Positions 34,320 to 43,925 of a stretch of DNA of 64,000 bases are shown piece after piece. The stretch is taken from positions 1,294 to 65,293 of the forward strand of contig DAHVRZ010000003.1 of NCBI GenBank assembly GCA_027324805.1. Reading direction: 5' to 3'. The notes below the pieces were generated by a model. The model was not told the origin of the DNA. It saw nothing but the letters and a program-made list of their open reading frames with translations, and did no database searches. The stretch's first letter is position 1, and each line of letters begins with the position of its first letter. Source of the stretch: Candidatus Parcubacteria bacterium. Lineage in GTDB: Bacteria > Patescibacteriota > Minisyncoccia > UBA6257 > 2-01-FULL-56-20. The translations under genes were made by a program, and so were the position numbers.

Positions 34320-34733
34320 TTGATGCTGATAAAAACAGCAACCATCGTTCTTGCATTTGCATTCTTCGCCGCGCTTACGATGACGAAAAAGAGCGGCGGA
34401 CATCTCCGCCGGATGGGATATCCCCACAACGATCATCCCGTCTCTCGGCATAGACGATGGGGATTATGCACGGGCATGCTCATGGTGGTGACCGTGGGAT
34501 TCATCGAGGGATTTGTCGTACGGCGCTTCGGCAGGCAGCACACTCCCCTTTTTTGGATGCACCTTGTCCCCTCGATCGCATGCGCCGTCTTCTTCGTCCT
34601 TGCTGCCGTATTCAATGGCAGATGGAACGAAAATGATCCCTCGCTCCATCGTATATTCGGCACAATCGCGTGGTATTGCGGTATTGTATCACTGATACTC
34701 GGTGTTGCAGACATCGCTTGGCTCCATCCTTGA
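34320..34733 (+). CDS. Small integral membrane protein (3-4 TM), hypothetical
   Basis: Hydrophobic helices throughout (TATIVLAFAFFAALTM, LMVVTVGFIEGFVV, IACAVFFVLAAVF, WYCGIVSLILGV). Confidence 0.45.
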   Translation: MMLIKTATIVLAFAFFAALTMTKKSGGHLRRMGYPHNDHPVSRHRRWGLCTGMLMVVTVGFIEGFVVRRFGRQHTPLFWMHLVPSIACAVFFVLAAVFNGRWNENDPSLHRIFGTIAWYCGIVSLILGVADIAWLHP

Positions 34734-34789
34734 AATTCCGGATGGGCCTTTTTTATCGTGAATCTCGTAAAAAACAGCTCAAAAGTGCG

Positions 34790-35536
34790 TCAGACCTGTA
34801 TCTTCGAGAAAGAATAACTTGCAAGGGCAAGGAACACTATCGTGACGGAACCAAGCACGACGAGGTCCATGCCGATACCGAATATGCCGTTGTTCACAAG
34901 CAGGATGCGGAATGAATCAATGCCATATGAGAGAGGATCGAATCTCACGATCCCCGCAAGCACGGTGGGCAATCCCTGAACCGGGAAAAGTGCGCCGGAA
35001 AGGAAGAAGAGCGGCATGACAAGGAAATTCATGATGAGTTGGAACCCCTGCATATCGTCGAGGTTTGATGCGACGAACGCGCCAAGCGCCGCAAAAAGGA
35101 GTGCTACAAGGAGCATGAAAAGAATGGCGACGGGAACAAGTCCCCAATTGGCCGGGCGAAAGCCGGCGATTATGACAATCACGAGGACGACGACCCCTTG
35201 GATCGTTGCGACGGTGGCGCCGCCGAGCGTTCGGCCAAACATGATGGCAAGGCGGTTCACCGGTGCGACGAGTGTTTCTTTGAGGAAGCCGAATTGTCGA
35301 TCCCAGATCATCTGAATGCCGGAGAAGATGGCGGTGAAAATAATACTCATACCGATAATGCCGGGTGCAAGAAAGTCGAAGTAGTTCCCCGCCCCCGCTT
35401 TCTGGAAGATCGGCCCAAGACCGTATCCCAATGCGAGCAGGAACAATATCGGCTGTCCAAGCGATCCGATGATGCGAGATTTCGATCGGAGATAGCGCTT
35501 TACTTCCCGCAGCCACATAATATAGATCGTTTTCAT
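34790..35536 (-). CDS. ABC-2 type transporter permease
   Basis: 6-TM ABC-2 permease pattern. Immediately downstream of the ABC ATPase on the same strand. Confidence 0.8.
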   Translation of the reverse strand: MKTIYIMWLREVKRYLRSKSRIIGSLGQPILFLLALGYGLGPIFQKAGAGNYFDFLAPGIIGMSIIFTAIFSGIQMIWDRQFGFLKETLVAPVNRLAIMFGRTLGGATVATIQGVVVLVIVIIAGFRPANWGLVPVAILFMLLVALLFAALGAFVASNLDDMQGFQLIMNFLVMPLFFLSGALFPVQGLPTVLAGIVRFDPLSYGIDSFRILLVNNGIFGIGMDLVVLGSVTIVFLALASYSFSKIQV

Positions 35537-35551
35537 GGTCGTATGGTCTTT

Positions 35552-36355
35552 TTATCGCCTGCCGCCTCTCCACATCCTTCCGTGGGCGCGCATTCGTTCC
35601 GTGACACTCGACTCTTCTTCGCGGATCACCCGCCCCGTAAGTTCAAGGAATGCGTCTTCAAGAGATTCCTTACCGGTCTTATCCTTGAGCTCCTGGGCGG
35701 TACCCATCGCGATGATTTTTCCATGGTCAATGATCGCAATCCGCTGTGCGATCCGTTCCGCTTCTTCCATGTAGTGCGTAGTGAAAAAGACGGTAATGCC
35801 TTCCGTTCTATTGAGCTCCTCGAGATAGCTCCACATATGGTTGCGCGTCTGCGGGTCAAGACCGAGCGTCGGTTCGTCGAGAAAAATCACGGCGGGATGA
35901 TGGAGTAGGCCTCGCGCGATCTCGAGACGGCGCTTCATGCCACCCGAAAATTCTTTGACAAGGCTTTTGCGGCGATCCCAGAGCTCCACGAATTCCATGA
36001 GTTGTTGTATCCGCTCTCGGCGGAGTTTCGTCGGAACGCCGTAAAGTACGCCGTGAAATTCCATATTTTCCTCTGCGGTGAGCTCGTCGTCGAGACTTGG
36101 ATCCTGGAATACGATGCCGAACGAATGGCGTACAGCATCGGGATCCGTGGCGGCATCGTTGCCATTAAGCGTTATTTCGCCGCCCGTAGGAGCGAGTATG
36201 GTAGTGAGCATCTTGATGGTGGTGGACTTCCCTGCCCCGTTCGGTCCCAGGAACGCGAATATCTCGCCTTTTTTGACATTAAACGAGATATCGTCCACGG
36301 CGGTGAAATCGCCGAAGCGTTTGACCAGATTCTTCACTTGAATGATGTCCTCCAT
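35552..36355 (-). CDS. ABC transporter ATP-binding protein (ABC-2/DrrA-like)
   Basis: Walker A GPNGAGKST, ABC signature FSGGMKRRL, Walker B IFLDEPT. Confidence 0.9.
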   Translation of the reverse strand: MEDIIQVKNLVKRFGDFTAVDDISFNVKKGEIFAFLGPNGAGKSTTIKMLTTILAPTGGEITLNGNDAATDPDAVRHSFGIVFQDPSLDDELTAEENMEFHGVLYGVPTKLRRERIQQLMEFVELWDRRKSLVKEFSGGMKRRLEIARGLLHHPAVIFLDEPTLGLDPQTRNHMWSYLEELNRTEGITVFFTTHYMEEAERIAQRIAIIDHGKIIAMGTAQELKDKTGKESLEDAFLELTGRVIREEESSVTERMRAHGRMWRGGRR

Positions 36356-36467
36356 ATTGCGTAAGTATGTTTATTATAATCTATAATTATTAAATTACTT
36401 AACTATCACTGTGGATAACTTTCTCAAGGGTTACAAAATACCGCTTCATATGGTATGATACGGCAAT

Positions 36468-38048
36468 ATGGATACATTAATAACACGGCTCGGATTTGGC
36501 AGGAAAAGGCTTATCATCACTGTCGTCGTCGTGCTTCTCGTCGTCGTGGGCATCTATTTTTTTATAGTGTCGAAGAGCGGCTCCAAATATCAGTTCGTAT
36601 CGGTTTCGCGCGGAACGATCACTCAGGTGGTGAGCGTGACGGGCAATACAACACCCATCCATAGCGTTGATCTTTCTTTTCCTTCCGGAGGCACAATCGT
36701 CGCAGTATATAAAAACGCCGGGGATAACGTGAGTTCCGGAGGTGTTCTCGTTGAGCTCGATACGAGAGGGCTTCAGGCTCAGCTCGCGCAGGCCCAGGCG
36801 CAGGTTGATTCGGCCCAGGCGACACTCGAGAACCTCCAGGCCGGTTCGACACAGCAGGATATCCAAGTGTCCCAGGCAGCCCTTGCCGCTGCTCGGCAAA
36901 CGCTCGCCAATACGTATATGAGCATTCCGAACGCCGTTATGGATGCGTATGCAAAAGCGAACGATGCGGTCCGAAACCAGATCGGCTCGTTCTACAGCAA
37001 TCCGGATTCAAGCAATCCCCAGCTTACGTTCCCGGTGAGCGATTCGCAGGTGGTCAATAATGCACAGAGTGAACGCGTCCAGGTGGGAGGAGAACTGAAT
37101 ACGTGGGCGACGGAGACCGCCGCGCTATCCTCCTCGACCGCCACCTATTCAACCTCGACACTCAAGGCGGCGATAGCGGCGTCGGCATCGCACCTTGCGG
37201 TCATTTCGATAATGCTCAATACCGATGCGACGGCAGTGGTGGATGCCACGGGTATGAGTGCGAGCTCCTCGGCCACTTACAAGAATGCCATTGCAAATGC
37301 CATTACTGAGGTGAATGGGGCGGCTGACGCAATCACAACCCTCCAGCAGAACATCGCTTCAGAAGAAGCGGCAATCCTGCAGGCACAGGCCCAGCTCAAT
37401 GTGACACTCTCGGGTTCGACTCCTCAGGCAATCGCTGCCCAGCAGGCTCAGGTGGAGCAGGCCCAGGCAAATGTGCAGGACATCAAAGTGCAGATCGCCA
37501 ATGCGACGCTCTCCTCCCCCATCAATGGCGTGGTTACGGTACAAAACGCTAAGGTTGGGCAGGTCGCGGTTGCCGGTCAGACGATTACGTCGGTTATTTC
37601 CAATAATAATTTCGAGGTTGATGCCTATGTTCCTGAAACGGATATCGGCAAAGTGGCGATCGGAGATGCCGTCGATATGACGTTCGATGCGTTCCCCGGC
37701 GAGACGTTTGCGGGCAAAGTCTTCTATATTGACCCGGCAGAAACGATACAGAGCGGCGTCGTGGATTATCTCGTGAAGGTATCGTTCAATACATTGGACA
37801 TGCGCATCAAAAGCGGACTTACGGCGAATCTCGATATAAAGACGCAGACCGATGAGAATGCCCTCATTCTTCCCCAGTATGCGGTCGTCCAGAATGTGAG
37901 CGGCACGTACGTGGATGTCCTCCAAAATGGCAAAGAGATGCAGATTCCGGTGACACTCGGCATACGTGACCAGAACGGCAACGTGGAGGTATCCTCGGGT
38001 GTAACGGAAGGCGAACAGGTCATCAATGTCGGATTAAAGACGCAATAG
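36468..38048 (+). CDS. HlyD/MacA-family periplasmic adaptor (membrane fusion) protein
   Basis: N-terminal TM. Long A/Q-rich coiled-coil (LQAQLAQAQAQVDSAQ...). C-terminal beta-barrel segments typical of membrane-fusion proteins. Upstream of MacB-like genes. Confidence 0.75.
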   Translation: MDTLITRLGFGRKRLIITVVVVLLVVVGIYFFIVSKSGSKYQFVSVSRGTITQVVSVTGNTTPIHSVDLSFPSGGTIVAVYKNAGDNVSSGGVLVELDTRGLQAQLAQAQAQVDSAQATLENLQAGSTQQDIQVSQAALAAARQTLANTYMSIPNAVMDAYAKANDAVRNQIGSFYSNPDSSNPQLTFPVSDSQVVNNAQSERVQVGGELNTWATETAALSSSTATYSTSTLKAAIAASASHLAVISIMLNTDATAVVDATGMSASSSATYKNAIANAITEVNGAADAITTLQQNIASEEAAILQAQAQLNVTLSGSTPQAIAAQQAQVEQAQANVQDIKVQIANATLSSPINGVVTVQNAKVGQVAVAGQTITSVISNNNFEVDAYVPETDIGKVAIGDAVDMTFDAFPGETFAGKVFYIDPAETIQSGVVDYLVKVSFNTLDMRIKSGLTANLDIKTQTDENALILPQYAVVQNVSGTYVDVLQNGKEMQIPVTLGIRDQNGNVEVSSGVTEGEQVINVGLKTQ

Positions 38049-38051
38049 CGG

Positions 38052-38762
38052 ATGATCGACGTAAGGGATCTCAAGAAGGACTATATCGACGAAGGTGAGG
38101 TCACTTCGGCACTGCGGGGCGTCTCATTCACCATCAATAAGGGTGATTTTGTTTCCATCATGGGACCATCGGGTTCCGGGAAGTCCACGCTCGTGCAGAT
38201 ATTGAGCTTTCTCGACCGCCCCACCGGCGGAACGTATACGTTCTTTGGTCGGAAGACGGACGATCTTTCGGACATTGAGCTTGCCCATATCCGCAACAAA
38301 AGTATCGGATTCGTGTTTCAATCCTTCAATCTCCTGACGCGCCTCACCTCGTACGAAAACGTGGAGATCCCGCTCATCTACTCGGGTGTGCCGGTGGCAT
38401 CACGAAAAAAAATGATCGAGGATGCGATCCGTTCGGTCGGACTTGAGGAAAAAATATATGTGGAGACCGCGAAGTTGTCCGGTGGCCAGAAGCAACGCAT
38501 TGCGATCGCTCGCGCGCTCGTGAACGACCCCGACATCATCTTTGCCGACGAGCCGACCGGAAACCTTGATTCGGTCTCCGGCGCCCAGGTTATGAGCATC
38601 CTCGATGGTCTGAACCGCAATGGTCGCACCGTGATTCTTGTCACCCATGAGACCAATACGGCGGAATTCGCCGACAGGATCATCCGCCTCCGCGACGGGG
38701 TGCTTGAGAGCGATACGCCGGTCAAAAATCCCCATCGTTCCCGGGAACAATTTGCAAAATAA
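38052..38762 (+). CDS. MacB/LolD-family ABC ATP-binding protein
   Basis: GPSGSGKST, LSGGQKQRIAIARAL, IIFADEPTGNLD. Confidence 0.9.
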   Translation: MIDVRDLKKDYIDEGEVTSALRGVSFTINKGDFVSIMGPSGSGKSTLVQILSFLDRPTGGTYTFFGRKTDDLSDIELAHIRNKSIGFVFQSFNLLTRLTSYENVEIPLIYSGVPVASRKKMIEDAIRSVGLEEKIYVETAKLSGGQKQRIAIARALVNDPDIIFADEPTGNLDSVSGAQVMSILDGLNRNGRTVILVTHETNTAEFADRIIRLRDGVLESDTPVKNPHRSREQFAK

Positions 38763-38776
38763 CCCACAACACGACA

Positions 38777-40024
38777 ATGCGCGTTTCCGACCTCGTACGA
38801 TCATCCAAAGCAACCCTGAAACACGGAAAGATGCGTTCGCTTTTGACGATGCTCGGCATCGTGATCGGTATCTCCTCCGTCATTATCCTCATGTCGATCG
38901 GCGCGTCTGCTCAGGACTATATTCTGAATCAGGTACAGGGACTCGGTTCGAACCTCGTCATCATCATCCCCGGCGGCTCGAATAACGGCCGCCTTTCGTC
39001 CCCCGCCCAAGCGCAGGGCATCATCATTACGAGCCTGAAGCAGCAGGATGCCGATGCGCTCGCGCGCGATCCATCGATATCGGCGGTGACGGAAGAGGTT
39101 CGGGGACAGGCTGCGGCCACGTTTCAGGACAACAGTCTGACCGTAACATTCGACGGCGTCCCCGCAAACTTTTTCACCGTACGCAACTTCGGCGTTGCAA
39201 AAGGCTATCCTTTTACCGCCGATGATGTTGCGTCATACAACCACGTTGCGGTCATCGGTTCGTCCCTTGCCGATACGCTCTTCGGGGCCGGATCAAATCC
39301 AGTTGGACAGTATATCAACGTAAAAAACATTCAATTCCGTGTGGTCGGGGTACTCGAGAAGAAAGGTACCGGTGCATTCGGTATCGACCAGGATAATCTT
39401 GTGCTGGTGCCGATCACGGTAGCGCAGACACAGATGCTGGGTATCACCTATTTCAACGACATCATGGTACAGGCGAACGATGCCTACAATATCGATTTCG
39501 TGAAAGCGCGCGTCCAAACAATTCTGGAGCAAGACCACGGGATTACCGACCCCAATAAGGATGATTTCACCATCGAAACCCAGCAGGACGTTCTGTCGCT
39601 CCTTGGTAATATCACATCCATATTGACGCTTTTTCTCGCCGCAATAGCCTCCATCTCGCTCATTGTCGGCGGCATCGGTATTATGAACATCATGCTCGTT
39701 TCGGTCATTGAACGTACGCGGGAGATCGGACTCAGGAAATCCGTCGGCGCGACCGACGGGGATATCCTTCAGCAGTTTCTTGTAGAATCGGTCATGCTCA
39801 CGTTCGTAGGCGGAGTGATCGGTATCGCGCTCGGTGCGCTTGTCGTAAGTGCGGCATGGCTTATTATCAATAATATTGCCGCCATCTCCTGGACCTTCGA
39901 GTTCCCGCTTTCCGCGATTATGCTCGCAGTCGCCGTATCGTCCGTGACCGGCATCGCGTTCGGACTTTATCCCGCGCGGCAGGCGGCAAAGAAAAGTCCA
40001 GTGGAAGCTCTTAGGTACGAATAG
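38777..40024 (+). CDS. MacB/FtsX-family ABC permease
   Basis: N-terminal TM, large periplasmic domain, C-terminal FtsX 3-TM bundle (IGGIGIMNIMLVSVIERTREIGLRKSVGAT). Confidence 0.85.
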   Translation: MRVSDLVRSSKATLKHGKMRSLLTMLGIVIGISSVIILMSIGASAQDYILNQVQGLGSNLVIIIPGGSNNGRLSSPAQAQGIIITSLKQQDADALARDPSISAVTEEVRGQAAATFQDNSLTVTFDGVPANFFTVRNFGVAKGYPFTADDVASYNHVAVIGSSLADTLFGAGSNPVGQYINVKNIQFRVVGVLEKKGTGAFGIDQDNLVLVPITVAQTQMLGITYFNDIMVQANDAYNIDFVKARVQTILEQDHGITDPNKDDFTIETQQDVLSLLGNITSILTLFLAAIASISLIVGGIGIMNIMLVSVIERTREIGLRKSVGATDGDILQQFLVESVMLTFVGGVIGIALGALVVSAAWLIINNIAAISWTFEFPLSAIMLAVAVSSVTGIAFGLYPARQAAKKSPVEALRYE

Positions 40025-40030
40025 CAAAAA

Positions 40031-40065
40031 ATCCCCGCATCATCGTTCGGGATGCGGGGATTTTG
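40031..40065. terminator. Bidirectional rho-independent terminator (11-bp stem ATCCCCGCATC/GATGCGGGGAT)
   Basis: AAAAAATCCCCGCATCATCGTTCGGGATGCGGGGATTTTG lies between convergent genes. Confidence 0.7.
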
Positions 40066-40073
40066 TGTGGCTA

Positions 40074-40496
40074 TTATTTCCTTCGGACCACCTTCTTTTT
40101 CACTGCCTTCGTTGCTGCGGAACGTCGGCGGACCGCTTTTTTGGGAGCCGCCTTCCCCTTGGCAAACTGCTGTGCATTCTTCTGTATCGCATTCCATTGC
40201 GCCTTGAGTTCCTTGCCGGCGACAACGAGATCGCGCGCGCTCACATCTTCAAGAGAACCGTAGTGCTTGATAACTTCGTCGACAATTGTCTTGTACTGCG
40301 CTTCGCCAAGGCGTTTGGCGGCCTTTGTTCTTTTGGCCACCTCAACGCGTGCCTTCTTTGCCCACGACTTCATTTTCGCCTGGTTCTTTTTGTCCGAAAG
40401 GAGATATGCGCCTGCCGATGCGGCGAGCAACGCCGCCGTGATCGCGCCGCCGATTTCGGCACCTTTCACTATTTTTGCCTTTTTTGCCTTATTCAT
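40074..40496 (-). CDS. Lys/Ala-rich basic protein with an N-terminal hydrophobic segment (histone H1-like tail), hypothetical
   Basis: MNKAKKAKIVKGAEIGGAITAALLAASAGAYLL, then a highly basic K/A/R-rich sequence ending KKAVRRRSAATKAVKKKVVRRK. Confidence 0.5.
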   Translation of the reverse strand: MNKAKKAKIVKGAEIGGAITAALLAASAGAYLLSDKKNQAKMKSWAKKARVEVAKRTKAAKRLGEAQYKTIVDEVIKHYGSLEDVSARDLVVAGKELKAQWNAIQKNAQQFAKGKAAPKKAVRRRSAATKAVKKKVVRRK

Positions 40497-40506
40497 AATA
40501 TGAATC

Positions 40507-40803
40507 TTATTTCCTTGTCTTTGATACCGACCTTTTTGATGATGGCTTGACCCTCTTCATGAGTGTTTTGAAAAAAAGCATGAGCCGCTCCAGTCGAAAC
40601 CCTTCGCGTTTTACATCATCGCGCAGGCCGGCAATGTCCCCGCGGAACAATATCGTTTCTTCCTTCACTTGTTTCGTTATCTCGCGCACGTCGGAAAGGA
40701 CTTTTGAGAGATAGATCAGCGCAACCGTAAGAGCCGTTCCGACAAGGACAACCACGATGGTCGTCACGAAGAAAAAGATATCCGCATGGATCAGTGTGCT
40801 CAT
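40507..40803 (-). CDS. Small membrane protein with coiled-coil (DUF948-like), hypothetical
   Basis: N-terminal TM (IFFFVTTIVVVLVGTALTVALIYL), then a charged helical region. The family assignment is a guess. Confidence 0.45.
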   Translation of the reverse strand: MSTLIHADIFFFVTTIVVVLVGTALTVALIYLSKVLSDVREITKQVKEETILFRGDIAGLRDDVKREGFRLERLMLFFKTLMKRVKPSSKRSVSKTRK

Positions 40804-40844
40804 AGGAAGATTATACCACAGAAAAAACGGCGTACATCATATCT

Positions 40845-42011
40845 TCATATCCCCAATCGATCAAGAGCCTTCCGCTTGTCCGCAAGCGGGAGGCGGGTTT
40901 TTCGCACGGCTTCGCCGAGTATTGATATTGTTTGGTCGTACGTGCGCCGATCGACGGGATACGGGGTTGCGTCCTTGCCGCCGTGAGCAAAGCTATAGCG
41001 CGCCGGATCCTCGTATGATGGCGCCGCCCCGTAAATGATCTCGCCGACGAGCGCGAGAGCCCGGACAGTCTTTGCGCCGACGCCTTCCGTCGCCACGAAT
41101 TTCTCATAATTCTCCGGTTTTTCGTCGGTTACTTTCGCCAATATTTTTTCAAGATAGTTGCTTTTGGCGAAATCCTCATGGATGACGGGATGATATTTGA
41201 ACTCGCTCGTCTCGAGATTGAGAAGGGTAAGCTGCTGGCTCGGTCGGCCATCGCCGCCGATCCGAACCTTTGCCATTTGGGAAAGCCGTGATGAATATTT
41301 TCTGAGAAGCTGGATATCTTTCATGAGTGTCGCGTAGCCTGCTTTCACGAGTTCCGTCGAAATATCGCGCGATTTGTCGCTTTTCGCCGCGCTCATATCA
41401 AGTACGGTCTTTAATGTGATCGGCGACGATATGCCCGAATGCGGATCGGAAACGAGATCGCTCACGTTTTCCGAAAACCAATGATATCGCCGCGCCGTCT
41501 GTGCTTCGGTATTCATTCCCTGCTGTACGACCGCCCATGCACCATTACGCGAAAAAAAGAATGCATGATGGTAAAGTTGGAAACCGTCCTGCACGAGCGC
41601 GGAATCCACTTTCGCGCTCATCTTCGAGTTATAGACGAGATTATTCGTCTGTGAGACGGGTAATGCCAGCCGTTCGCCCCATTGCATAATCTCGTCCGGC
41701 GTTTTGCGGGATGTCTTTCCTTTGCCGCCCGCGATCACGATACCGAAGTCCGCTTCATGTCCGCGGATTGCTTCTTTGAGTGCCGCAGTGAGAATCGTGG
41801 TGAGCCCACTCGCGTTCCAATCGAACGCGAGTACTGTTCCGAGCGACTGGAACCAAACCGGGTCGGCGATCCGCTTCACAAATTCATCCGGACCGTATTC
41901 GGCAACGAGCACATACATCATTTCGCGCCCAAGCTTCACCATACGCTCGAAAAGCCATGGCGGACAATGGCCGCTGTCGAGTCCGAACGAGGCTATCCCG
42001 CGCTGGATCAT
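40845..42011 (-). CDS. Conserved hypothetical protein (388 aa; possibly DUF763-like)
   Basis: Long ORF with no recognised catalytic motifs. The family guess is tentative. Confidence 0.5.
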   Translation of the reverse strand: MIQRGIASFGLDSGHCPPWLFERMVKLGREMMYVLVAEYGPDEFVKRIADPVWFQSLGTVLAFDWNASGLTTILTAALKEAIRGHEADFGIVIAGGKGKTSRKTPDEIMQWGERLALPVSQTNNLVYNSKMSAKVDSALVQDGFQLYHHAFFFSRNGAWAVVQQGMNTEAQTARRYHWFSENVSDLVSDPHSGISSPITLKTVLDMSAAKSDKSRDISTELVKAGYATLMKDIQLLRKYSSRLSQMAKVRIGGDGRPSQQLTLLNLETSEFKYHPVIHEDFAKSNYLEKILAKVTDEKPENYEKFVATEGVGAKTVRALALVGEIIYGAAPSYEDPARYSFAHGGKDATPYPVDRRTYDQTISILGEAVRKTRLPLADKRKALDRLGI

Positions 42012-42049
42012 GCCTTTATTATACTCCTTCGCCGAACCGAATTATCGGA

Positions 42050-43585
42050 TCATTGCTCCCCTTCCAAAAGCCTTGCAAGAAGGCGCACCGGCGTACCGAG
42101 ACCGCCTTTTGCGAGATGCTCCTCTTCGATCGAGGTCATGCGCGGCGCAATATCGAGATGAACCCAGGGATAGATCTGTTTCCCTTTTTCATCCTTCGTA
42201 AACTGCCAGAGAAATGTCGCTGCCGTACTTGCACCGCCGCCAGCGCCGGGCTTGCCCGCATTCGCCCAGTCAGCGAAGGTCCCTCGTATGTCATTTTCGT
42301 AATCGGCGGAAAGCGGAAGCGGCCATACGGGGTCGACGACCGCGTCGCCGAGCGCGCGGAACTTTTCCTCCAGTTCTTTGTCCGTGGTGAAAAGGCCCGT
42401 ATAGCGCAGACCGAGTGCTGCCATAGCGGCGCCGGTGAGGGTTGCGACATCGACGACAAGTGAAGGGTCGTATCTCTTTGCGTACTCGAGCGCATCCGAA
42501 AGGATCACGCGCCCTTCGGCATCCGTGTTCAATACCTCGATCGTTTTGCCGTTCATGGTGCGGAGAAGGTCGCCGGGGCGATAGCTCGATCCGGACGGCA
42601 TATTCTCGACTGCCGGAACGAGAGCTACGATGTTTTTTTTGACGCCCAGCCGCGCCGCAGCCGCAAGCGCATGGATCACTGCGGCTCCGCCGCTCATGTC
42701 CATATGCATCTCATAAATATGGTCGCTGCCTTTCAGGTTGAGGCCGCCGGTATCGAAGGTTACACCCTTGCCGACAAGCACGATCGGTTTCTCGCCCTTC
42801 GCGCCGGCCATGTATTCGAGGATGATGAAGCGAGGCGGTACCACCGAGCCTTGACCCACGCCAAGGACGCCGCCCATACCGAGCCTTTTCATTTCCGGTA
42901 CGCCGAGAATGGTCGCCTTTACGGCCTTACCGAGGGATTTGGCCGTATCCTGCGCGTGCTTCGCGAGCAGATCCGGCGTCATATCGCCGCCGGGCATGTT
43001 CTGCAGCGTTCGACACATGTTCGTCTCTTCGCCGATCACAAGGCCTCGGCGGATACCCTCTTTCATCGCGGCGAATTGCTCCTTTGAAGGTTCCTTTGGG
43101 ACAAGGAATTGTATTTCCGAAAGCGGCTTGGGTGCCGAAGGGGCTTTCGTCTTATATTCGTCGTAGGCGAAATTGGCCATGACGGCATTCGTCGAGCAAA
43201 CTTCATAAATGTCCGCGGTCATTGTCGCTGTCGGCGCAACGCCCGCTTCACAGGCGATGCGTGCGATATGTTCCCGCCGTGCGGTCTGCACCGCGATACG
43301 CACTCCCATAGCGGCAGCCTTCGTTTCCTTTGCCGCATCTCCCGACCGCGCCCCAAGCCCCACGGCAATGATCCGCCTTCCGGTTCCGGGAAGCGTGAAC
43401 ACCTTTGAATCCCCTTCTCTCAATTTCAATTGGTCCGCGAGGGCAGGGGCGGAAAGATACTTCCGTTCCGCCGCATTCAAAATCTTCCATAAAAGGCTGG
43501 CGGTCGGGGCTTCTTTCTCCCAAAGGAGGAATACCGGTGCGGCGTCCTTTTTCAGCGTATCGGAAATTAAAATGGAAAATGGCAT
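42050..43585 (-). CDS. pepA: Leucyl aminopeptidase, M17 family
   Basis: NTDAEGRVILSDAL is the M17 signature (NTDAEGRL). VGKGVTFDTGG. Confidence 0.9.
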   Translation of the reverse strand: MPFSILISDTLKKDAAPVFLLWEKEAPTASLLWKILNAAERKYLSAPALADQLKLREGDSKVFTLPGTGRRIIAVGLGARSGDAAKETKAAAMGVRIAVQTARREHIARIACEAGVAPTATMTADIYEVCSTNAVMANFAYDEYKTKAPSAPKPLSEIQFLVPKEPSKEQFAAMKEGIRRGLVIGEETNMCRTLQNMPGGDMTPDLLAKHAQDTAKSLGKAVKATILGVPEMKRLGMGGVLGVGQGSVVPPRFIILEYMAGAKGEKPIVLVGKGVTFDTGGLNLKGSDHIYEMHMDMSGGAAVIHALAAAARLGVKKNIVALVPAVENMPSGSSYRPGDLLRTMNGKTIEVLNTDAEGRVILSDALEYAKRYDPSLVVDVATLTGAAMAALGLRYTGLFTTDKELEEKFRALGDAVVDPVWPLPLSADYENDIRGTFADWANAGKPGAGGGASTAATFLWQFTKDEKGKQIYPWVHLDIAPRMTSIEEEHLAKGGLGTPVRLLARLLEGEQ

Positions 43586-43587
43586 GG

Positions 43588-43872
43588 TTAAGCGAGATTT
43601 TTAAGATAATATTCTTCCGTCTCTTTGTGATAGCCCAATATCCCCATCGCGCAAAGCTGCTTCATTCCCTCGGAAAACGCCGATTCGGTGAATGCGGGAG
43701 TTCTTTTGTCGGCTTCGAAAACCTTTTTTAATTCGGCGGCGGTAAACGGGCGGCGGCTGATCGGATCGATGCCATTCTCTATGAAATTACCTATTTCCGC
43801 GGTTGCAACATCGGCATCGCTGATAACCTCATTGCCTTCGGGAAAACCGTTTTCGTATGAATTTGTCGCCAT
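43588..43872 (-). CDS. Small hypothetical protein (94 aa)
   Basis: ORF immediately upstream of pepA on the same strand. No motifs recognised. Confidence 0.35.
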   Translation of the reverse strand: MATNSYENGFPEGNEVISDADVATAEIGNFIENGIDPISRRPFTAAELKKVFEADKRTPAFTESAFSEGMKQLCAMGILGYHKETEEYYLKNLA

Positions 43873-43925
43873 ATCCCATCACTATCGCACAATCATTATA
43901 TGATGGCAATTCGATCCAAAAAACA

